A DNA stretch of 25,091 bases, taken from positions 1 through 25,091 of the forward strand of contig JBCBJQ010000089.1 in NCBI GenBank assembly GCA_038523235.1. Direction: 5' to 3'. Below the pieces are notes generated by a model that was given only the letters and a program-made list of their open reading frames with translations, was not told the DNA's origin and ran no database searches. The stretch is from Cyanobacteria bacterium J06626_4 (GTDB lineage: Bacteria > Cyanobacteriota > Cyanobacteriia > Phormidesmidales > Phormidesmidaceae). The position numbers and the translations under genes were made by a program. How positions within the stretch are numbered: position 1 is the stretch's first letter; each line of letters starts with the position of its first letter. Shown one piece after another: positions 17,635-25,091 of the stretch.

Positions 17635-18450
17635 ATGTGCCGTCTCTTAGGATATTTGGGGCCAGCCCTAACGTTAGACCAGCTGATGTTGGAGCCGCCT
17701 CACTCTCTGGTGGTGCAGGCCTATGCGCCCAAGGAATTAGAGGTGGCCTTGCTCAATGCCGATGGTTTTGGGCTGGGGTGGTATCACGCGACCCAAACCA
17801 CGGCCCCGTTTACCTACCGCAACGTGTTGCCGATCTGGAATGACCCCAACTTGGAGCCCCTGTGTCGCTACATCACAACCGGCTGTGCCGTAGCCTATGT
17901 GCGCAGTGCCACACCCGGACAGGGCGTTGATATCAGCAATTGTCAGCCGTTTCAATCCGGCTCGCTGCTGTTTACCCACAATGGCTACATCAAGCGGTTT
18001 CGGGAGACGCTTTATCGACCGATGCGACGGTTGATGAGCGATCGCGCCTACCGTAGCATTCACGGCAGCACGGACTCAGAGCACATTTGGGGGCTCGTGT
18101 TGACGGCGCTTGCAAAGCAACCGGGAATCACCTTGGCCGCCGCCTTGAAAACGGCCTTAGCCCAGCTATTAGCCCTGGCCTATGACTATGACGTGCCCTG
18201 TGCCGCCAACGTGCTGCTCAGTGATGGGCAACAGCTGGTGGGGGCGCGGTTGGCCTCCCATAATCGCGCGCCTTCCCTATACTGGCTAAAGGATGACCCG
18301 CAGTTTCCTCATGCTGTTTTGATCGCCTCTGAGCCGCTGTTCGACGCTGATTGGCAACCCTGTGAAGACTCCTCGCTGTTTACGATGACCGCTGATTGTG
18401 ACGTCCAGTTCTCTTCCCTCAGTCACCTCTGCCAATCTCACCCTGGCTGA
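17635..18450 (+). CDS. egtC: Ergothioneine biosynthesis amidohydrolase EgtC (Ntn/class II GATase fold)
   Basis: MCRLLGY N-terminal Cys nucleophile at ATG 17635, NADGFGLGWY, VRSATPG, THNG, GSTDSE; clustered with egtB and egtD. Confidence 0.9.
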   Translation: MCRLLGYLGPALTLDQLMLEPPHSLVVQAYAPKELEVALLNADGFGLGWYHATQTTAPFTYRNVLPIWNDPNLEPLCRYITTGCAVAYVRSATPGQGVDISNCQPFQSGSLLFTHNGYIKRFRETLYRPMRRLMSDRAYRSIHGSTDSEHIWGLVLTALAKQPGITLAAALKTALAQLLALAYDYDVPCAANVLLSDGQQLVGARLASHNRAPSLYWLKDDPQFPHAVLIASEPLFDADWQPCEDSSLFTMTADCDVQFSSLSHLCQSHPG

Positions 18451-19690
18451 GTTACGCCAAATTCTTCGAACCGACATGGTGGCTTGCCGCCAGAGTACCC
18501 TTAGCCTGACAAAGCAGCTGACAACCGCCGAGTTTCGGCAACAGTCTCACCCCGACTTCAGCCCAGTCGGGTGGCACCTGGGTCACATTGCTTTTACCGA
18601 ATCGCTGTGGCTGCTGGAGCATCTGAAAGAAGACGCCTGTGCCGAACCGCAGTATCAGATGCTATTCGCGGCTGACGGCTTGCCCAAGGCCGAGCGTGAA
18701 AATCTGCCCGCTCTAGCGGACATTTTGACCTATCTGCAGACGGTGCGCGATCGCACCCTGGCCTATTTAGAAACGGCACCACTCTACGATCAGCTGCGAC
18801 TCTGGCGGTGGATTTTGCAACATGAGAGCCAACATGCCGAAACGGCCACCTACGTGCTGGCGATGCATCGCTGTCCATCTTCTGCGGGTGAGACTACCGC
18901 GGCGGCACCGTTGCGACCCACCTCACTGAACCCAGCAGTAGATTCCACCAATATGGTGTTGGTTCCCGCCGGCGAAACTGTCATAGGTAGCGACACCCTA
19001 GACGCGATGGACAATGAACGAACCGCCCATGCGGTTACCACCGCCGCCTACTGGATTGATCGCACCCCGGTCACGGTGGCCGCCTATCGCCAGTTCATCT
19101 TGGCCGGCGGCTATCAAAACAGTCAGTGGTGGCAGCCTGATGGGTGGCAGTGGGTGCAGCAAAATCAGCTGCATCAGCCCCGGTATTGGCGGGATGAGCC
19201 GGGTTTAGAGACGACGCCAGTCTGTGGCGTGAGCTGGTATGAGGCCGATGCCTATGCCTGTTTTGTGGGCAAACGGCTGCCGACCGAAGCCGAATGGGAA
19301 CGAGCGGCTCGTTGGCATCCCAGCCAGGAGGCGGGCTCATCAATGCCCTGGGGGGAGGCCGCGATCGCGGCGCACCACGGTAACTTTGGCGGACGGTGGG
19401 GCGGTGTCTCGCCCGTCGGCCAGTTTCCGGCGGGGCGGAGCCAGAGTGGCTGCGACGATCTGTTGGGCAACGTGTGGGAATGGACCGACAGCTGGTTTGA
19501 GCCCTATGCCGGATTTACCGCCTATCCCTATCGGGGCTATTCTAAAGCTTATTTTGATCGCACCCACCGAGTCTTGCGCGGCGGCAGTTGGGCGACTCGA
19601 CCTTGGGTGCTGCGACCCGCCTTTCGCAATTGGTACCAACCGGAAGTGCGCCAGCTGTTTGCCGGATTTAGATGTGTTTTAGGCACATAG
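18398..19690 (+). CDS. egtB: Sulfoxide synthase EgtB (DinB plus FGE-sulfatase domains)
   Basis: SPVGWHLGH and HESQH iron-ligand motifs; RLPTEAEWE, GNVWEW, RGGSW FGE domain; GTG start overlaps egtC, exact start uncertain. Confidence 0.88.
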   Translation: MTSSSLPSVTSANLTLAELRQILRTDMVACRQSTLSLTKQLTTAEFRQQSHPDFSPVGWHLGHIAFTESLWLLEHLKEDACAEPQYQMLFAADGLPKAERENLPALADILTYLQTVRDRTLAYLETAPLYDQLRLWRWILQHESQHAETATYVLAMHRCPSSAGETTAAAPLRPTSLNPAVDSTNMVLVPAGETVIGSDTLDAMDNERTAHAVTTAAYWIDRTPVTVAAYRQFILAGGYQNSQWWQPDGWQWVQQNQLHQPRYWRDEPGLETTPVCGVSWYEADAYACFVGKRLPTEAEWERAARWHPSQEAGSSMPWGEAAIAAHHGNFGGRWGGVSPVGQFPAGRSQSGCDDLLGNVWEWTDSWFEPYAGFTAYPYRGYSKAYFDRTHRVLRGGSWATRPWVLRPAFRNWYQPEVRQLFAGFRCVLGT

Positions 19691-19757
19691 GCATTCGCCA
19701 CATCCGATGTCAGAATACACAGGGGTTTAGCCGACCCCTAGTAAATTTTGAGATGCC

Positions 19758-20822
19758 ATGCCAGTTCAATCCCAATTTCCGAGTTCGATGCCCGCTGCCG
19801 ATGACAATCGGACTCCATCGCCTCAGTCGCCGGTGCTGTCTCGCGATCGCCTCATGATTGAGTACCGCAATGCCGACGAGACGACAGCGGCGCTGCCGAC
19901 CGGCCAAGACGTGACGGTTGGACTTACCCAAACCCCCAAAACGCTGCCCCCCAAGTATTTCTACGACGATCAGGGGTCGCAACTGTTTGAACAAATCACT
20001 GACCTGCCGGAATATTATTTGACGCGCACCGAGCGCCAGATTTTGGAGACCTTTGCTGGGGCGATCGCCACTCAGGTGGGCAGCTGTGACCTGGTGGAAT
20101 TGGGCAGCGGGAGTGCCAGTAAAACGCGGATTCTTTTTGATGCCTACCAGCGCCAGGGCCAGCCGTTGCGCTATGTGCCGGTGGATGTCAGCGGCGGCAT
20201 TTTGGAAGAGAGCGCTAAGGCTTTGCTGAGTGATTATGGGGCGCTGACCATTCACGGGCTGGTGAGCACGTACGAAGCCGCACTCTCGAACCTACCGGCC
20301 AATGACTTGCCCCGCCGCCTGATTGCCTTCATCGGCAGCACGTTGGGCAATTTATCGCCGCAACAAGCGCAGAACTTTTTTCAGCGGGTGAGTGAGTCGC
20401 TGACTCCCGGTGACTATTTTTTACTCGGCGTTGATTTACACAAAGACACCGCAACGTTAACGGCTGCTTATAACGATGCTCAGGGTGTCACCGCCGCCTT
20501 CAATTTGAACATGCTGAGTCATCTCAACTGGCGCTTTCAGGGCGATTTTGAGCTATCGCAGTTTCGCCATGTGGCGGTGTATAACGAGGGCGATCGCCAA
20601 ATCGAGATGTATATCGAAAGCCTGGTTGACCAAACCGTCACCCTTAAGGTGTTAGGCCTCACGGCATCGTTTGCCGCCGGAGAGCGCCTGCTCAGCGAAA
20701 TCTCGCGCAAATTTGACCCCGAGCACTTGGCGCAAAGTCTGGCCGCTTTTGGGTTAGACGTGACGGATACCTTTACTGATGAGCACCGCCAGTTTGCCCT
20801 GTTGCTATGTCAAAAGCAGTGA
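19758..20822 (+). CDS. egtD: L-histidine N-alpha-trimethyltransferase EgtD
   Basis: KTLPPKYFYDDQGSQLFEQITDLPEYYLTRTE, LVELGSGSASKT, AYNDAQGVTAAFNLN, EISRKF. Confidence 0.93.
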   Translation: MPVQSQFPSSMPAADDNRTPSPQSPVLSRDRLMIEYRNADETTAALPTGQDVTVGLTQTPKTLPPKYFYDDQGSQLFEQITDLPEYYLTRTERQILETFAGAIATQVGSCDLVELGSGSASKTRILFDAYQRQGQPLRYVPVDVSGGILEESAKALLSDYGALTIHGLVSTYEAALSNLPANDLPRRLIAFIGSTLGNLSPQQAQNFFQRVSESLTPGDYFLLGVDLHKDTATLTAAYNDAQGVTAAFNLNMLSHLNWRFQGDFELSQFRHVAVYNEGDRQIEMYIESLVDQTVTLKVLGLTASFAAGERLLSEISRKFDPEHLAQSLAAFGLDVTDTFTDEHRQFALLLCQKQ

Positions 20823-20981
20823 GCTGCCCATGACCGGCTTTAGAACGCGCTGACCATGATTCTGTTAACGCCTTGCCCTGAGTGGAGTTGTTCACGACTT
20901 GTCCCCAGCGGGCAAGAACCCATTAGCAGACCCTGAGCAGCCTTACCCAGTCTGCTCAGGGTCTGGATGATGTCGCGTTGT

Positions 20982-21401
20982 TTAGGCTTCGATTTTGACA
21001 GAGGTGATCTTGTCACCCTGGCTAATTGCATTTACCACATCCATGTCTTCAGTTTTGCCAAAGACTGTGTGCACGCCATCGAGGTGAGGCTGAGCTTCAT
21101 GGCAAATGAAGAACTGACTGCCGCCGGTATCGGGGCCGCGGTGGGCCATCGACAGACTGCCCGCCTCGTGTTTGTTGTCGTTGATTTCGCATTTGATGGT
21201 GTAGCCAGGGCCGCCCGTGCCGGTGCCTTTGGGGCAGCCGCCTTGCACCATGAAATTGGGAATGACGCGGTGAAATTTCAAGTCGTTATAGAAGCCCGCT
21301 TCAGACAGGTCGACAAAATTTTTCACCGTATTGGGGGCTGCAGCATCAAATAACTCTAGGGTGATGGTGCCTTTATCGGTTTCCATGATCGCGCGGGTCA
21401 T
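20982..21401 (-). CDS. Cyclophilin-type peptidyl-prolyl cis-trans isomerase
   Basis: [45 protein letters not shown] upstream. Confidence 0.95.
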   Translation of the reverse strand: MTRAIMETDKGTITLELFDAAAPNTVKNFVDLSEAGFYNDLKFHRVIPNFMVQGGCPKGTGTGGPGYTIKCEINDNKHEAGSLSMAHRGPDTGGSQFFICHEAQPHLDGVHTVFGKTEDMDVVNAISQGDKITSVKIEA

Positions 21402-21636
21402 GTGCTCTCCTTGGGTAGCTGATCATCTCAGAGGGCCGTGCCCAGTTGGCATCACTGGCCCCTGCCGAGATGGATTCAAAAGTGACCTGTTTACTGTACC
21501 GTTTTGCGCGATCGCTCGATCATCTCCCCGGCGTGAACGGGGTGGACGAAATTTTCCGCGCGATGCTGACTCATGCTCGTCAACTCCCCCAGCGCTGGCC
21601 CCCCAGCTCACGCCCCAGTCGATACCGAGCGGGTTT

Positions 21637-21718
21637 GATGGCCATCCTGGCCGTTCCTGAGCGGTCTAGTTGAGGCACCGTAAACAAGTGGGGTGGGAGC
21701 AGGCTAGGAAGCCTACCC
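21637..21718 (-). repeat. Bipartite palindrome doublet, copy 2 (inverted relative to 6141-6217)
   Basis: Revcomp GGGTAGGCTTCCTAGCCTGC ... TCAGGAACGGCCAGGATGGCCATC; each half differs from copy 1 by a single inserted base. Confidence 0.75.
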
Positions 21719-21889
21719 AACGGGGTTTCTTTTTCGATCAGGTCGTCTGAAAATCGGGACCAACCTCCCTCAAGATCCAGACACCGCGCTTTTTTTCGTT
21801 CACCTGCGTGAACGGGCTAAACCGATGCGATCCTGACCGATTGATTAGATGCCAACTGCGCTCGCTGGGCGTCATGCTACCCCAGTCGG

Positions 21890-23233
21890 CTAAGTCAGCT
21901 GGTTGATATCACTCAAATCAAGGGGGCCAAAATCGTCATCATCGTCGCTGTCGTTGTTGTCTAACAAATCTTCCAGCGTCATGGCTTCAGGGTCGGCAGG
22001 CGTCGCCGTCGGCAACTCGATGGCATCGTCGTCGTTGTTGCCGACCAAATCTTCCAGCGTCATGGCTTCGGGGTCGGCAGGCATTGTCGGTGGCAGCTCG
22101 ATGGCATCGTCATGTGGGTCGCCATCGCCAAACAGACTCGCCAAATCGGCCGGATCAGGGTCGGGCAACACCGGTTCAGATGACTCGATATCAGGCGTTG
22201 CGGGGGCGGCGTCTGGTGCGGGCGATCGCGACGCGTCTAGGGCGTGCAACTGTTGGTCAAATTGAGCCTGCAACTCCTCACTTTGACTGGCTAGCTTTTG
22301 CTCATATTCCGCCTTCAGGCGCTCTGTTGCCACCTGAATCTGCGCATTGAGTTCGGCTTGCGTATAGTTGCCCGCTGCGGCCTCTTGAACCACCGCGGGA
22401 TAGTCGCCAGGCTCTAAGGTCATGGTGGTTTCGTCGCCAGTGCCCATGATTTGACTCGGGGTCGGCACCTCAAAACTGCCGGTAAACATTGACTCCGTTG
22501 TGGGCGGGGAAGGCTGCAAATCAGTTAACGCTTGCTCTCGATCAGTTAATGCTTGCGCTTGCTCGGCCAAGGCTTGCTCGAGTTCGGCCTGACGCTCGGC
22601 AAAGGTTTGTTCAGAGGCGGCTAATTGGGCCGTCCACCGCTGCTCAAACTCGGCCTGCAGCTCGGTGCGCGTGGTCTTAGCATGATCAGCAAGCTGCTTT
22701 TCGTACGCTTCTTGCAGCTTTTGGGCCGCTTCTTTGAGCCGCATCTCATATTGCCGTTTGAGCTGTAGCCGGTCGGGCTGTGCTGAGGGGGCATCCGGCG
22801 GGTCAATGGTGGGTTGAATGCGATCGCGACGTGGCGGCATCGCCGCCGCGATCGGCGCGTCCGGCACCGCGTCGATGCCGGTGGGCACCGTCGCTACCGG
22901 GGGCTCCGGTGCGGCTAATGGCTGGCCCTGCTGCAACACGCGAAAGCGGGTTTCGTAGATCTGCTCCATCTCAACAGTTTTTTGCGAGAGCTGATCTTGA
23001 TAGTGCTCAATGGTTTCAGCGAGCTCTTTTTCGTAGTCGCGACGCAGCTGAGCGGTGGCTTCCCGCAGCCGCAGCTCATGGGATTGTTCAATCTCAGTGA
23101 GTCGGCGCTGACTAATTTTGAGTGCTTCAGTCTGTTGGTTCAGCCGCTGCTTAACCAGTGCATAGCCCACCAGAATCCCCACCAAAAAGACGATTAGGAG
23201 GGCAATAATAATGCCGATAGTGAATGAATTCAT
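21890..23233 (-). CDS. Membrane-anchored coiled-coil protein with acidic, Pro-rich tail
   Basis: N-terminal TM (IGIIIALLIVFLVGILVGYALV), Q/E-rich coils, Asp-rich C-terminus; AGGAG RBS. Confidence 0.8.
   Translation of the reverse strand: MNSFTIGIIIALLIVFLVGILVGYALVKQRLNQQTEALKISQRRLTEIEQSHELRLREATAQLRRDYEKELAETIEHYQDQLSQKTVEMEQIYETRFRVLQQGQPLAAPEPPVATVPTGIDAVPDAPIAAAMPPRRDRIQPTIDPPDAPSAQPDRLQLKRQYEMRLKEAAQKLQEAYEKQLADHAKTTRTELQAEFEQRWTAQLAASEQTFAERQAELEQALAEQAQALTDREQALTDLQPSPPTTESMFTGSFEVPTPSQIMGTGDETTMTLEPGDYPAVVQEAAAGNYTQAELNAQIQVATERLKAEYEQKLASQSEELQAQFDQQLHALDASRSPAPDAAPATPDIESSEPVLPDPDPADLASLFGDGDPHDDAIELPPTMPADPEAMTLEDLVGNNDDDAIELPTATPADPEAMTLEDLLDNNDSDDDDDFGPLDLSDINQLT
21950..22111. 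repeat. 81-bp in-frame tandem duplication (2 copies)
   Basis: CAAATCTTCCAGCGTCATGGCTTC at 21965 and 22046; protein unit DDAIELPxxxPADPEAMTLEDLxxNND. Confidence 0.85.
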
Positions 23234-23739
23234 AGGGGTCTCCTAAACTGGGGCGCTAAGGGGGCAAGGCTTCGTGACGTCGGCACTGCAGCGGCGACTC
23301 AAATTAGCTTGCCACCTATGGTAACGAGCAATGTTGAAGTGGACTCATAAAAATGTCAAGACTCAGGCGCAGAGCCCCCAAAAATGAGCCTGGCTCGAAT
23401 CAATATGGCTGCTAACGCCTGCATGGGCCGATGGCTGTGGTCGTTTAAGCAGAGCGTTCCTGCGCCTAACAGTCCGGTTCGATCAGTGACTCCCTCGCGG
23501 CCTGAATCGCCCTGTTTTTAGTGAGGGTGGGGCGGCTCGCCTTTGCGCTGAGGAAGTGGAGCCCGGACGCGAGGATGGGAAAACCGCCAGGCGCTGACGG
23601 TGATCGCCACTCGGCGGTCAGGGACGGCAGGCGATCGCGAGGAAGTTTTGCGAATTCCTAAGCGCCGATGAAGCGCCTTGTAAAATGGAGACAGTCTTGT
23701 TGAGTGCAAGTTGAGCAAATTTTTGCCGACATCCGTTTT

Positions 23740-24360
23740 ATGACGATTGACTTTATGGCCCGCCCGCTGCGACGCGAGGTTTTGCAGTGGTTAGACAGGG
23801 CGGTGCCCGCCAAGCGGCTGCAGCACATTTTGCGCGTTGAGGCCATGGCGATCGCGCTGGCGCAGCAGCACAATTTAGCGGTTGACCTGGCGCAGCAGGC
23901 TGGGCTGATGCATGACCTGGCTAAATGTTTTACGCCGTCACAGCTCTTGGCCGTGGCTGAGGCCGAAGGCTGGACGCTTGACCCCGCTGAAACGGACTGT
24001 CCTCATTTGCTGCATGCTCCAGTGGGGGCGGTGGTGGCCCGCGATACTTTTGGCGTGACCAACCCGCAGGTGTTGAACGCGATCTCCCATCACACCTTGG
24101 GCAGCCCCGATATGGATGCTCTGGGCAGCGTGGTTTACATGGCTGACAGCCTAGAGCCCGGACGCGGCGATACGCCTCAACTGCAGCATCTCCGTCAGCT
24201 GAGCTATCGTGATTTATGGGGGGCGACCTATGAGACCTGTGTGGCTTCCTTACAACATCTTTTAGAAAACCACCGTCCCGTGCATCCCCGCACTATCCTG
24301 ACCCATAATTCCTTATTGCAAAGTCATCGCCAGCGTCAGGCGGTCAGCTCAGCCGCCTAA
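23740..24360 (+). CDS. yqeK: HD-domain Ap4A hydrolase YqeK
   Basis: RLQHILRV, AGLMHDLAK, LLHAPVGA, AISHHTLG, YMADSLEPGR; upstream of rsfS; start 23740 or 23755. Confidence 0.9.
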   Translation: MTIDFMARPLRREVLQWLDRAVPAKRLQHILRVEAMAIALAQQHNLAVDLAQQAGLMHDLAKCFTPSQLLAVAEAEGWTLDPAETDCPHLLHAPVGAVVARDTFGVTNPQVLNAISHHTLGSPDMDALGSVVYMADSLEPGRGDTPQLQHLRQLSYRDLWGATYETCVASLQHLLENHRPVHPRTILTHNSLLQSHRQRQAVSSAA

Positions 24361-24434
24361 TTCCCCTGATGCGTTCATTGAGCGAGCCCCGTCCGTTTAA
24401 AATCCACCGTTGAATTGAGGACCCGTGCCTTCAT

Positions 24435-24863
24435 ATGACAGATCACCAAAATGCTATGACCTCCGTACAGTCCCTTTCTGAGCAAACGACCGTGACTCCG
24501 CCTGCCGAAGATGCGGCGCTAGCGCTAGCGCAGGCGATCGCGAGTGCGGCCGATGATCGCAAAGGGGCTGATATTCGCATTCTCAAAGTAGTCGAGGTGT
24601 CTTATATTGCCGACTACTTCGTCATTGTGACCGGGTTTTCTGCCGCGCAGGTGCGGGCCATCTCCAGCAGCATGCTAGAGACTGCCGCCGTCAATTTTGA
24701 CCGTCGTCCCCTACGCATTGAAGGTCAAACCGAAGGCAGTTGGATTTTGCAAGACTATGGCGAAGTCATCGCCCACGTCTTTATGCCCGATGAACGCGAA
24801 TACTACGGTCTCGAAGCCTTTTGGGGACATGCCGAAGCCGTGCCCTTGGATTCTGCCTCCTAA
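24435..24863 (+). CDS. rsfS: Ribosome silencing factor RsfS (Iojap)
   Basis: AADDRKGADI, IADYFVIVTG, WILQDYGEVIAHVF, REYYGLEAFW. Confidence 0.95.
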   Translation: MTDHQNAMTSVQSLSEQTTVTPPAEDAALALAQAIASAADDRKGADIRILKVVEVSYIADYFVIVTGFSAAQVRAISSSMLETAAVNFDRRPLRIEGQTEGSWILQDYGEVIAHVFMPDEREYYGLEAFWGHAEAVPLDSAS

Positions 24864-24885
24864 TCAGCTCTCACCCTTCTAACTG

Positions 24886-24926
24886 CAATGAGACCAACCG
24901 AGCAGATGAATCGGTTGGTCTCATTG
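24886..24926 (+). terminator. Perfect 16-bp stem-loop after rsfS (terminator or 3' stability hairpin)
   Basis: CAATGAGACCAACCGA-gcagatgaa-TCGGTTGGTCTCATTG followed by TTAT. Confidence 0.6.
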
Positions 24927-25091
24927 TTATAAGGCCGCGGAGAACTTGCGATCGCCCTGATCTCGGCAGCGCAAATTGGAGGCTGGGGTAGACTGTGCTT
25001 AATTAATAATGTTGATTAACGTGATGTGCAATTAAGCGATTTCCAATTCAAGCTTTAATCAGATCCTCAAATCTCAGATAGGGCCTGCCTT

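Larger units (their letters stand above)
74..24955. repeat. HIP1 octamer GCGATCGC dispersed through the window
   Basis: More than 30 copies by eye (e.g. 74, 2520, 3665, 7021, 11882, 15051, 24948); a cyanobacterial hallmark. Confidence 0.9.

Noticed and set aside
6141..21718. CRISPR interpretation of the repeat-spacer-repeat doublets
   Set aside because: The two arms are different sequences rather than direct repeats, each locus has one spacer, and there are no cas genes in the window
21797..21814. CGTTCAC/GTGAACG hairpin as terminator of the coiled-coil gene
   Set aside because: The T-run is on the wrong side and strand for a minus-strand intrinsic terminator

Overview
Cyanobacterial chromosomal window: the HIP1 octamer GCGATCGC occurs more than 30 times by eye, and gene content resembles filamentous Leptolyngbya/Nodosilinea-type genomes. 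Mostly housekeeping and accessory metabolic genes: 5'-truncated acyl-ACP/acyl-CoA synthetase with ylqD, GNAT, TPM/Zn-ribbon protein, ManS-like histidine kinase, NblB-like HEAT protein, biuret hydrolase with an orphan ABC ATPase, two SLATT/DUF4231-like 2-TM proteins, TM2, pentapeptide and MerR-like proteins, a BaiN flavoprotein, Uma2, tRNA-Gly(TCC), an egtC-egtB-egtD ergothioneine operon, cyclophilin, a membrane-anchored coiled-coil protein, and yqeK-rsfS. The most unusual signal is non-coding. At 6018-6366 there is an apparent three-level nest of small elements: a ~248-bp MITE with terminal inverted repeats and an 8-bp target duplication sits in one arm of a long palindromic repeat. The MITE contains a two-hairpin module that recurs inverted at 21637-21718 with conserved hairpins but an unrelated 35-38-nt spacer. 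No CRISPR array, transposase or integrase was seen. Family assignments come from recalled motifs, not from database searches.
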